Shown in pieces: positions 12,012 to 24,030 of a DNA stretch of 64,000 nt (its first letter is position 1; each line of letters starts with the position of its first letter). Location of the stretch: the NCBI GenBank assembly GCA_036630325.1, contig CP142731.1:868001-932000 (forward strand), read 5' to 3'. Origin of the DNA: Vairimorpha necatrix (Eukaryota). Below the pieces are notes generated by a model. That model was not told the origin of the DNA, searched no databases, and saw only the letters and a program-made list of their open reading frames with translations. A program made the position numbers and the translations under genes.

Positions 12012-12944
12012 AAAAAGTTAAAGTTTTTTATGAAAATTTAATCGTGTTGAATTAGACTTTGACCGAAGATAGACTTTTTGATACGTTCAGAATGTACAAA
12101 TAAATTAAAGTCAATGTTTCATTTTTAATAACGTAAAAAAACCGTAGGTATTTCATGACTAAATTAATCATTGATGTTCATTGAATCAAGCAAAGCAGAG
12201 AGAATTGGGGACCTCGGTATATTTTTAGAGAGATGGAGAACACAAATGTTCTTTTGAATATTTTATCCAATCGTCTACGTGTTTGGGTGGAATATACCTA
12301 GTTTACATTATTAGTTATTGATTTGGAAATATTTATTATATAAAGTAACTTTTCGATATAGATAGAGGCTTCTTTTTATGCTAAATATTTGAATAGAGAT
12401 GTAATTTTTGGATTAAGAAGAATGCTTAAAGTTAATAATTTCTTTTAAGTAAATTATAGTACAGATATGATCCGATCCATTCTATATATTGCATAGTTTA
12501 TTGTACTGTATTTATCAAAACAAAAACGTTGATCAAATTAGATACTTTTATTTATAAAATAAGACCCAAATTTGAAACGATTTATAAATTGCGCAGATTT
12601 TAAATAAAGAACCAAAATTTTATTCTTTTTTTTTATGGGGGGCTTAAAAATATTTTTATATTTATTAGTTTGCATCATTTACTTTTCGTTGTCTGTCTAT
12701 GTATATGAGGCTTAATATATCTACTCGTGAATATTCACGAATTAATAAAATTGATGTTAATTCTCGTTAAAGCAAACTTATCACAAAATTAAAGTATATA
12801 TTTATACGAGTTAAAAATAAATATTTACTGAATGTGTAGACCTTTAGCTGAGCATTTCAAAAAAGAATAAAATCTGATGATTTATATTTACAAGATGATC
12901 GAAAGTATAAATATAGATTATAAGCCACCGTATATTATAAATGC

Positions 12945-13766
12945 TTATACAACTGCGGATGTTCCATGAGTATTTCTGCGTTTGTTTATTTTTCTAATTA
13001 TATTTGTTCTTATTAAGAAAAATATAACTATAAAAGTATAACTAACTTCTAATAGAAATATCAGAATCAATTGATATACCTTATAAAAGCACACCAATAC
13101 GATTAACATGGACAATCCAAAGATCCACATAGATACTATCACAACATAAGAAAAAATATAAATATTTTCTCTTTTAAAATGGCTCTTAGAAACAAAATAA
13201 TTAATTGTTAAACATGTCAAATTTATGATGTGATATGTATAATATTCGAGCTCTTCTTTTGTAAAAATATCTTGCAATGCATAGAAAAATTCCCAAATTA
13301 ACGTTACTTTTACACTTGTATCAATCAGTTCCTCGACAATATATAGCTTAAATTCTAAATAATCGATACTGGCCCGTTTATTGTACAAATGGAAGACTTC
13401 ATCATTATCTTCATTCATTGTAAGTGCTAAAAAAATCATTGTTATACAATCAATCACAATTCCAATTATAACCTCTGCGTTCCATTCATTTATTATACCC
13501 AAACAAATAACAAATAACAAAGAAATCCCTCTACAAAGCAAAACTTGCAATCTAAAAGCAATACTTTTTATAAAGTAAAATCCGGAATAAAATGCCATTT
13601 CCAAAATAAATAAAATTTTTGTGAATATTAATAGGTATTTTGACAATAATATCTCAGAATTGTTATGTAATTGAGTATGATTTAGAATGTAATTGCTGAT
13701 AAACATGTCTAAAATTATGCTCGCAAAATATAGAGTCAGATAAATCATATGCTCTAAAAATTTCAT
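12945..13766 (-). CDS. Multi-pass membrane protein, family member 2 (subfamily A)
   Basis: 273-aa intact ORF, CCCCAAAA before ATG, closely similar to 40094-40915. Confidence 0.9.
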   Translation of the reverse strand: MKFLEHMIYLTLYFASIILDMFISNYILNHTQLHNNSEILLSKYLLIFTKILFILEMAFYSGFYFIKSIAFRLQVLLCRGISLLFVICLGIINEWNAEVIIGIVIDCITMIFLALTMNEDNDEVFHLYNKRASIDYLEFKLYIVEELIDTSVKVTLIWEFFYALQDIFTKEELEYYTYHIINLTCLTINYFVSKSHFKRENIYIFSYVVIVSMWIFGLSMLIVLVCFYKVYQLILIFLLEVSYTFIVIFFLIRTNIIRKINKRRNTHGTSAVV

Positions 13767-14882
13767 TTTTGGGGATATTCCAAGTGAAATTATTTGTTAG
13801 TAATATAAACAAAAAAAGCAGACCATTATGCATTTAATTCAATTAATTTAATGATTATTTTATAAAATACGATTCGTTTATATTATACGCCTACTACAGA
13901 ATCAACTCAGCTAAATGTTATTTTGGGTCATATTGATATTAAAAGTTTAGAAAACGTGAGATAATTTTTACAAATGGTCTATGACGCAACGCCGATACAT
14001 TTACGTTGAAAGAAGTGACATTTCTCGCGTAAATTATAGGATAAGCGTTTGTAACATTAAATGATTTTTAGTGAATTTTTTTTTATGCAAACTGAACTTC
14101 ATTTTCACATGGGCGAATATTAGTTGCAAATCTAAAATAATTAATATCTTTTTCATAAAATTTTACTTTATAATTTACACATGCTGTTGACCCTATTTTT
14201 TCAAGACTTAGTTCTAAGATATTTCAATGCTTAAAATTCGTCTAATTGATTCTTGTGCGTATCATGTCAATTATGTAAGCATGAACTATTTAATATTAAG
14301 AAACATTGACAAAAATTATAAGTTTTAATTTACTACAACTTATAGAATCTTATTATAGATATCTGTTGATTATTTGTACATAATTTTTTAATGTAAAAAT
14401 AAAGTTGTTGAAAACTCCTTTCTCAATTAATGTTATATTTTACACCATTGTTTATGTATCTTTAACTATAGTCTGTCCATAAAAGTGATTTTTATTTCTA
14501 TTTCTAAGTATTTTGAAATTTTATTTTTTTTTATTATCATTGCGTAAATGTAAGGTGATGAGTTCTTGGTATGAATATATATATGCCACAAATTAATAAG
14601 CGTTAGTTTGTTTGAAATTTTACGATGCTTATTTTCAAATCTTATAACGATTAGTATTTTAGTGTATTATGTGTACAAAATTATCATAATTTTCATTGTG
14701 ATTGGTTAATTTTAAATCTTAAATTAGCATCATTATTTTCATTTATCGAAGTAGAAAATAAGAATTATAAGGTGAGAGAAGAGTTTCAAAAGAGCACAAA
14801 TAGCTAATACAAAAAAGATAAACACCGCGTTGTAAAAATAACAACCTACTAAAAATTCTTAAATATTGTTTATAATCATAAT

Positions 14883-15628
14883 TGTTAAAGGCAATTGTAA
14901 GTTAAGGGGTAAATTTATTAAATCTATATTCTCAACACTCCCGCGCTAAATTTAGAATTAAGCGATAAAATTATCTACTACTTCCTACGCCTACTACTTG
15001 GCTCTCAAAATAAAAGTGCAAAATTATGTAAACTGACCATGGGCTGCGCTTTACTTTACCGCGTCTTACAATACCTTCTAGTACTGGTCTGCGAGGTACT
15101 TTCATTCCCTGTTTTAAAACATAAAGTCCATGGGCATGTGATTATTCTTTACACATGTCTTTCCAACAATGAAATCGGTTTTTTCCGTCTATCTCATTCT
15201 TCGACTATAACACAGTTTCTTTTTTATTTTCTTCTCTTTTTATATCTCTCTGTATTTTTGAACACTATTTGTTCAGCTATCTTGCCACGATAGCCTATAT
15301 GTGAATAGTGGAATTACCACTATACTCAATCTCGACAAACCTTATGCCAGATCTTATTACAGTCAATACTGTTTCTCCATAGCTCTTCATAGCTACTTAA
15401 GTCTTCACCTATCCGAATCCATAGACTGATGCAAGCCATCAACTTCTTTTCTGTTAAACAACCAACCATTTCCTTTCTAACCTAGACTGCATTTTTTACG
15501 TCTTATGCCTCGACAGAACTTACGACCTCTTCTTTTGTTTTTATTTGGGTTCAATAATTTTTTTTCTCCACCATGTTAAAGACAATTGTAAGTTAAGGGT
15601 TAAATTTATTAAATATATATTCTCAACA
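14883..15628 (-). mobile_element. Non-coding TRIM-like LTR element with 55-bp LTRs, copy 1
   Basis: TG...CA direct repeats at 14883-14937 and 15574-15628; 5-bp TSD ATAAT; on the minus strand PBS-like TGGTGGAG follows the 5' LTR and GCGGGAG precedes the 3' LTR; empty site with a single ATAAT at 42039-42043. Confidence 0.85.
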
Positions 15629-15796
15629 ATAATAATGAACTTAATTGATAAAATATAAATAAATTGGATAGTGTGATTTTTTTTAACTTTAAATAATATC
15701 ATATTTTGTCTAAAACTATTATTTATATAACAGAAAAAAATTAGAATAATTAATTGACAACACAACTATATATAAATTAGAAATCTATATTTAAAA

Positions 15797-16618
15797 CTAA
15801 CATTCACTTGGCATTTGAAGAGAACTATTAATCTCATTACGTTCTTTTATTTGAGTAGTTATGTTTAATCTGATTAAAAAAATACTGCTATCAATGTGAA
15901 ACAAAATTCCAATAAAAACACAATGATCAAACTTATTACATTAAAAAAAATAAAAATAATATCAATGCTGACACCCTAGTAATCCATATGACACAAAAAT
16001 AATATAAGAAAAGTAAAAAATGTTTTTTCTATCAATTCTGCTATTACAAAGAAAATAATCTTGTCAAGACCTATAAAATTAAAAATATGAAATAATTGTA
16101 GTTCGTTTTGTTCATGTAAACAAATATCACGCATTATTAAAAATGTTGCACATATCAAGCTTGCTTTTTTGCCTGTGTCTATCATTTTGTCAATAATGTA
16201 TAGCTTAAATTTTTTTAATCTACACCTGCTCTATTGTTATAAAAAGCACGTCATTGGCTTGATTCATTGAAAGCATCAAAAAAATCAAAGTAACACAATG
16301 TAATATTATGGAAATTACGATTTTCGAAAAGGCTTTGATTAAGATACCAATAAAAATTACAACTATCAATGAAAACACCTACAGACCATAATTTGAAGTC
16401 TGTATGTAATTTTTCTTATAAATAAAATTTCGAACAAAGGCAATCTCCAAAGTAAATAAAATTTTTGTTAATGACAATAGATACTTAGACATTAAAAATC
16501 TACATTCTTTGTTTTTACATAGCAGAAATTGAGTAAGTGCGGAAGTTGTTATTGACATATCCAAAAATAAATTCGCAAAATGCAAGCCAATATAAATAAT
16601 ATGTTTTGAATACTTCAT
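15797..16618 (-). pseudogene. Frameshifted pseudogene of membrane family (subfamily B)
   Basis: ORF fragments 16379-16618 and 15976-16185 match the intact paralog at 42202-43038; several small deletions break the frame. Confidence 0.9.
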
Positions 16619-19139
16619 TTATGGGTATTAAAAAATCGGTTTTATATTTGTTTTGTTGATATTAAATGTATGTTTGTATTGATAAAATATTTTTAAAAAC
16701 AATTATTAATTTAAAAATAATAAGAATAAATTTTACATATAAACAAAAAGTTTTAGGGTATATATATAATTTTTTCTCAAAACAAAAGTTTAAGGAGTTT
16801 GTTCAGTATTTTTTTTAGTATTGATCTATAAATATTATGAAAATATATTATTTTCCTGTAAAAACTGTTATAATTTGATCATGCATGATTGACAGGTAAT
16901 AGAAGTAACATTAAGAACAAACAATTAAACATTGAAATATTTTTTTGACAGAAAAATTTATAGCCTTAGAGTATGAGGTGTAAAAGATTATTAAGAAATA
17001 TGTAAATAGTTAGTACAAACCGATTAATAATTATTTAAAGGCTTTACACATAATTTGCATCTATATGTTTCGAAATGCAGACGCTTTATGAATAGGAAGA
17101 AGTATGTTTCGAAAAAAACAAAACTTATAAAACTTATAGTCTGTGTGTAGTTTGTGATTGGAGAATAAAAATTAGTTAAACATTAAATTGTGACATAGTT
17201 TATAATATTAAACAAGAAAGAGACTTTCATAAGCAACATGTATACAATAAATAATGACTTATGAGGTTGGAGAGAATTATTTAACACATATCAAAATAAA
17301 TTCGTCTTACTAAATTTTAAAAAAATTAGGAAAACAATTAATATGTGTATTTAGGGGACCAAGAAAAATCTTTTCTTTTTTTATGGCATAAATGCTCGAA
17401 TTTAACAAAAAAACAAAATTATTATGAATATAGCTAAAGGATAGCAAAGTAAAATTCTAAGAATTTTTTATAAGAATAATTAAAAAACCCGACAAAATCA
17501 CATACTTTAATTTCGTTAGTATGAATATAGTTTGTATTGTTACTGTTTATTGGTTTTTTCATCTTCACATCCTTCGGGGCATGTTTCCACATGTGTATGT
17601 AATTTGGGGAGTCGCGTATATTTCTTTAAAACATAGCAGGCAAAAATGGAGAATACATATTTACAGTGTTTTCTAGTCTCCAGTGCAATCTTAATACCGT
17701 TAGAGATATTTTTCTTAACAATATATATTTGAAAAATTTATTTCTAAAAGTGATAATTCTTACAACATTTATTTTTTCTTTTTTTATTCAGACGAGTTTA
17801 AACTAAAATTGGCCATAATTTATAATTGAAATTGATTTAAATATTTAAGTAATTGATTGAATAAAAACAAAAAAAAATTTAAGCATAAACTTAAACAAAA
17901 TATTAGTTTAACATTAAAAACTAAATACAATAATAATAATGCGATGCATTTTCAATTGTCAACTAAGTAATTCACTTTTTTTATAAATATTATATATCCA
18001 TTCACTTCAAGACAATATAAATAGCAGAAAATTATCATAAAAACATAAAAACACCATAATAAATTATCTTTTCATTAATTCGTTTAACATAAATTTCATT
18101 AGTCAATTTTTCGATTAAATGTTTAAAAATAACGTTATATTTTTTTTGTAGAATTTTTGTAATATATCATTTTGCTGGTTTTTATAAAGTAATCTCCAAG
18201 TTTATCATTTCTGTTTAATATATTCTATACTTTGACAATTAATTAATAAATTTTCACCTCTTCATAAATTCGTTGATTTATAAAGTGAACTGTTTCGTAA
18301 GTACAATAATTTTGTAATATTCAATTTTAACTGTTTTTTAAAATTTTTTTTTATTTTTGTGGTACTTTGATTCTATGCAATCACATGTAAGTATATATCG
18401 AATAATCTCAGTATTGCAATCAAGGCTTAAACTGAGGTGATATATAAATACTTTTTGTCTGTAAATTTTTTAAATATTAATTGTATGTTTTTGTATCTAC
18501 AATTATATCTATAAAATTCTTATGTCTTTTTGCTAGTTTTATTTTCACTATAGCATTTTTGTGGTGCACAGATTTAATCAAAGCACATCTTGGCTTTTAT
18601 AAAAACCAATACAAAATATAATTTTTTATACCAATCTAAAACGTTCACAAAGTCTATAGCTACCAAAACTACATTTATGCAAATTAAAGACTATTAAAGT
18701 ATAGATACCTTAAGGATATCAATGTAAAGAGTACTATAGACAAAATTTCGTACCGTTGGAAAAAGAACTAAAATACGGAAAAAAGCTACGAAAAAGTTTG
18801 CAGGTCTAACTTGTTTTTCATAGTTTAAACTTGTGTTATCCATTAATAAACTGAAAAAGACAGTAAAATTCGAAAAAATATTAAATTCACTTAAGATGAT
18901 TGAAAATATATTTTTTAATTTTCTTAATAAATGTTTATAAAAAAGTACTCAAAATTATTAAAAAAACAAAACAAGTTTACTTAAAATTACTAGAATGATT
19001 AGATTCTTTAGGTACTATTAATACGCCATCAATCTTGTTTACACATTTTTCTTCCATTTGAATGGATCCTCTATTATTACAACATGCATCAAAAAATAAT
19101 AAGCCAAGTTTTAACGTTAGAATTACTGTAAATATAAAT

Positions 19140-20757
19140 GGTGACCGGAATTTTCGTCCCGGTGGTAGGGGTTAAAAAAATAAAAAAATAAAAAATCTCG
19201 GTTTTTTTATTTTTTTATTTTTTTAACCCCTACCACCGGGACGAAAATTCCGAAAAAAATTTAAAAATAAAACTTTAATATTTCAATAATTTCAAAGACA
19301 AAATCTAAACCAAACCCTTCATCCACAGTTTTATTCAAAAAATCAGCTAGCCGAATCTCTTTTTCAATGTATTTTTGTTTACGTTCAAAAACATGATTTA
19401 AAATTGTTTGTTGGATTATCTTGATTCGCACTATATCTTCTTCATCCTTTAATTTGCTCACTAATAGATAAAAACTGTATCTACTTGTACCAAATGTGTT
19501 TTTAAAGGTATTATGCCAACCTTCAATCGCATTATTAGTTCTTGGAAAATCTATATCCATATTATTTCTCGTATGCCACAAATTCGGCGGAAAACGACAT
19601 CCTAAATCAATATAATTTGTAAAGAAATAGGCATATAACTCAGTCAAGCATTCAGGGAAATTTCTGTCTTGTTTTAATTCCAAAAAAGTAGACAATATTT
19701 CGTCATATTCAACATATGCAAGTGCCGTAAGAGACAAAACAAATTTTTTCACCATAGGTGAACATGTGTAAACAGAAGAAAGTCCTGAACTTTTAACACG
19801 TCTATCAATAGCCTTGGCCAAGTGAAAAAGACAACCCGAAATTTGACAATCCGGGAAAATTATTGAAAATGCTCTTATCGCAGCATACTCAAAATCGGTT
19901 TTTATCAACCTTGGGTTGAGCTCTGGAAACCTTCTCTTTAACATTTGAAACAAAAAAAAATAGGTTTCGAAACTTTTATCTTTTAAAATTGCAAATATAA
20001 TCGGAAATACATGCGCTTCACGGATAAAACTAATTGTGTAAAGTTGATAATATGGAATTGGAACCACCGTAAAGGTCCCATCCATCGCCCACATGTCATA
20101 TAGAGCCAGTTTTTCCATGGCCGAATCTGTATAAAAAACTATTATACTGTCATTGGGTTTATCACTCCCGTAATTTTCAGGCCCATATCGATACCATTGT
20201 TCGCCTGTATGACTGATTAATAAATCAGCACATAAACCCAATGTTTGGTTGGCGTATGGTTTTGGATTAAAGAAATTTAGCCTAGCTTTCCTTAATATTC
20301 TCGTAATAGGCTCAATAGGGCCTATTGCGGCGATTGTTTCTTCACCAGCTCCTCTTAAGGAAGAAAAAAAAATGTTTCTAGGAGAATCTTTGCCAGAGAT
20401 AATTTCCCGTTTCATTTTATCTATTTTATTCTTCCTACAGACCTGTTCAGGATTTGGTTCATGATTATGAGGCGAAGAAATAATAAAGGATTCGAGATTA
20501 TTGACGTAAACAATACTACTAATGGCCTTGGCATTACAGCTTCGTACAATGCAGCGCCACTTTATAGTAGTATTGTTGATTCTTTTTTTCTCGTAAATAT
20601 ATAGATTTTCATCTATTATTTGGTCCATATTTCTTTTGCTTTTGATTATCCTTTTTGTCCCGGTCATAGGGGTAAAAAATTAAAAAATAAAAAAGTTCGT
20701 TTTTTTTATTTTTTAATTTTTTTAACCCCTATGACCGGGACGAAAAGACCGGGTACC
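19140..20757 (-). mobile_element. Mutator-like (MULE) DNA transposon, copy 1
   Basis: 1618 bp, near-identical inverted copy of 51933-53550; each end is a long palindrome; the flanks show no TSD. Confidence 0.92.
19261..20667 (-). CDS. MULE transposase with FLYWCH-type zinc finger
   Basis: 468 aa with WRC..C..HNH, MDGTF, TDFE, CLFH and RTNNAIEGWH motifs. Confidence 0.92.
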   Translation of the reverse strand: MTGTKRIIKSKRNMDQIIDENLYIYEKKRINNTTIKWRCIVRSCNAKAISSIVYVNNLESFIISSPHNHEPNPEQVCRKNKIDKMKREIISGKDSPRNIFFSSLRGAGEETIAAIGPIEPITRILRKARLNFFNPKPYANQTLGLCADLLISHTGEQWYRYGPENYGSDKPNDSIIVFYTDSAMEKLALYDMWAMDGTFTVVPIPYYQLYTISFIREAHVFPIIFAILKDKSFETYFFLFQMLKRRFPELNPRLIKTDFEYAAIRAFSIIFPDCQISGCLFHLAKAIDRRVKSSGLSSVYTCSPMVKKFVLSLTALAYVEYDEILSTFLELKQDRNFPECLTELYAYFFTNYIDLGCRFPPNLWHTRNNMDIDFPRTNNAIEGWHNTFKNTFGTSRYSFYLLVSKLKDEEDIVRIKIIQQTILNHVFERKQKYIEKEIRLADFLNKTVDEGFGLDFVFEIIEILKFYF

Positions 20758-20912
20758 GTGCTAGCACAAATAATTTGTATAAAGGACGATATAATGCATG
20801 ATTTATATATACTCCACGATATATTACTTTTCAATATAGTAAATATTTTGATATGATGTCTAATATAAATATAAGTTGATATTTATCCTTATTAAAACAA
20901 AAAAATAAATCT

Positions 20913-21649
20913 TGTTCTCAATAATTATAAAATAAGATTTAATTTATTAAAATATTAAAATTTCCGCGTTAATTCAGACTTGAGTATTGTAATTGTCTTT
21001 TTATTTTCTACACCTACTTATTGGCTCATAAAATAAAAGTGCAACTCTTATGTTACTGACCATGAGCTGCGCTTTATTCTTTCGCGACTATATATCCCTT
21101 CTTGTATTAGTCTGCGGTGCATTCAGACCCAGTTCTAATACAAAAAGTCTATGAGAATGGGAATTTCTTTACACATGTCTTCCCAACAATTAAACCGGAT
21201 TTTATAGGTCTATCTTATTTAAAAACTACAACACAATTTCTTTTTGATTGTATCTCTTTTTAAATCTCTCTGAATTTTGTATACTTGTGGTTAAGATATA
21301 TTGCCACGATAGCATAGATGTAAATAGTGGATTCTACCCCCAAACTCTATCTGCACATCTCTTGTGCCAGATCTTATTATATTGAATACTGTTTCTTTGC
21401 TACTCTCCATAGCTCCTAAACGTCTTCACCTATCCGTGATTTTGACCGATGCAATCCTTACCATCTCTTCTATAAGAGTATTAACCATCCCAATTCTAAC
21501 CTATACTGGATTTTTTTTCCATCTCATGTCTCAACAGAACTTACAACTCTTCTTTTGTTTATGTTTAAGTTCGATCATTTTTTACTTTCAACCATGTATA
21601 AGATAATGGTAAGTTATGAGTTAAATTCATAAAATGTATATTCTCAACA
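20913..21649 (-). mobile_element. Non-coding TRIM-like element, copy 2 (diverged)
   Basis: Internal region colinear with 14938-15573; 55-bp TG...CA LTR at 21595-21649; left LTR degenerate; absent from the paralogous site near 46380. Confidence 0.75.
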
Positions 21650-21756
21650 ACAGTAATTTGTAATCTATCATATTATTGACATAAAAATGGAGCAATTTTT
21701 TAAACGTACACTAAGTCTTTGATTTACATAAAAATTTTACAATTTTTTTATATTCA

Positions 21757-22572
21757 TTAGTCAAAAAATATATTCAGATCCTCTGTATCAACTTCAGACA
21801 ATCTAAATTCGTCACGATTTTTTATTTTGTTAATATTTTTGATTTTACTATATAAAATAATACTATTAAAGAATAACAAGCTTTCAAAACAAATAACAGA
21901 CTCTTACAAATGAAATCATAGAAGAAGGAAATGACGACTATTGCAGACAATCCTTAACACCACATAAATATGAATATTTTAAAGGAATAGAAGTTATAAT
22001 TTTTCTTTATTGATTTTCATATTATAAAAAATATAATCCAAAGACAACACTAGAAAATTTAAAAGATACAAAATAAAACTCTTGCTTATTTTGTGCGCAT
22101 ATATCGTTGACAGCTAAAAAACATAACCATATCAATGTTGTTTTTGCTCGTACTTATCATTTCATCAAAAATAAAACGATTAATTTTTAAAAATATAAGT
22201 TATGTTCTTTTATTATATGCATAATGCAATATATCTTTATGCTGATTTGTAGTTATCGATATAAAAACTAATTTTATACAATGTAATATAATAGATTATA
22301 CAATTTTTATAATAGATTAACACATCAATCCCATAAAAACTATAAATATAAGAGAAAAAGGCTAAAAATTCTATAATTGGAACGATGTTATTTCTTTTTA
22401 TAAAATAAAATTACATTTTCATGATGTAAAATTTTTTGTGAATGTCAATAAATATTTTGACATTTCCAATTTGCTTTCAGCTCTTTCACATGGGTATAAT
22501 TTGCCTATTAAGATTTTGTAATCAATATACTTAAAATTAAACTTAAGGTATAAAATGAAATATATGTTTATT
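21757..22572 (-). pseudogene. Decayed pseudogene of membrane family (subfamily C)
   Basis: Nucleotide-level match to 47071-47922 with many stops and indels; the 5' end is interrupted by an insert at 22573-22911. Confidence 0.85.
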
Positions 22573-22911
22573 TGTAAATTTTTCTGCCGTGTTTACCGGA
22601 GATCTTGCCAGTTTCAAGAAAGCATTCAGTTTGCTACGGTTTGGGGTGCCGTGTTTACCGAAGTTTAGATAGATAGAAGGAATAAATTGTTCTTGTTATA
22701 AATAAAATTTGGTTTATTTGAATCATAGAAGGAAATGTTTGTTAGTGTTCGGATGCTGTACCATATCGTTGATGTATTTTCTTTATTTATATTACATAGT
22801 AACTAATAGAAGGAAATTAGATGGTCAACCACAACCGATCGTTCCGAAGAACAACAGCATTTTGTTTTTATGGTTATTTATAGATCACGTGGGATGATCC
22901 ATTATACCGCA
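22573..22911. mobile_element. Solo-LTR-like insertion
   Basis: 339 bp absent from the paralog, TG...CA ends, flanks TTATT/ATATT (4 of 5 match), internal repeats TGCCGTGTTTACCG x2 and ATAGAAGGA x3. Confidence 0.5.
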
Positions 22912-23240
22912 ATATTATTTTTGGGATAATAAAAAAAAGTTTATCAGTGTAAATTGAAATCATTAATAGTAAAGAAAATCATAATTGATTTAAAATATAT
23001 TATTCACAATCAGAGTGATATGCCCCTATATTAAACAAAGACGATATATAAACAAAGAAAATCATATTTATTATAAACACAGAATGATAAAATAAATAAA
23101 TCATAACAAATTGATAAATTTCAAGTTATTAAAAGTTTTAAATATCGGTCTAATATTAAATGAGCACAGTTTCACATTAAAGTCACGATTTTCAAAGCTT
23201 TTGCATATCTCGTATTTGATTATCACCCTTAATGCCGTAA

Positions 23241-24030
23241 GAGGTGCCCTTAGATCAGTGGTAGAAGGCAATGCTTCCATTTAGCAATGGCTGGGTTCGA
23301 TTCTCAGGGGCACCAAAATTGTTTCTACTTTCTATGGTGCAGTTGGAACAACTCAGATGATAAAAATGTCCACGATAATCATTAAGTTAATTCAATGAAC
23401 CTCATGTGTGTACAGCCACAAAGGGATTAGCATCTAATGTAGAAACGCACCTCAAAGTTAAAAAGCAGTATAACCCTTGTGGGTTACTTAATGATACATA
23501 AAAGTATCTAATGGGTACTGCCTAGTTGGAACCCATGGCTGGTGCTCTCTGGGGTGGAATCTCAGAGCTAACTATGAGCCTAGACGAAGCAGGGCAATGG
23601 AAGGTCAAGTGGTCCCTATCCTATAAGATTCTGTAAAGCGCTGGCCGAAACTAGTGGGAGACTGTGGTCAACGCAACCCAACAAAAACGCCGGGCTGATG
23701 ATGTGGTCGTGTAAGGTATCGTGTGTGCAATAAAGATGATTGTAGGGACCTTTGAGACAGTACGATGATGTCTCTCCTCGGGTTTTTTATAACCATGCCC
23801 GTTAAGTATATCCGCTGTGAGTTCACCCTGGACGCGATTTGAGGTATAAATGGGAAGTGTTCTCCTGGAGCCAAAGTCTAATTAAAACGGCGGAGCTTGG
23901 TGCGCCGGTAAGTTGTATGGAGGGAGTTAAAGTGAGTAAGAATCTCACAGTGCCAGTTGGATGAGGCTCACACAAATCCCTCTGGTCCCTATGTAAGGTT
24001 TCTCCCTACCTCTTACTTGCAAGAAAAAAA
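23241..24030 (+). mobile_element. tRNA-derived SINE-like element, copy 2
   Basis: Full-length similarity to copy 1, A-tail, degenerate TSD (CACCCTTAATGCCGT / CACTTTATGCCGT), empty paralogous site near 48240-48252. Confidence 0.85.
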
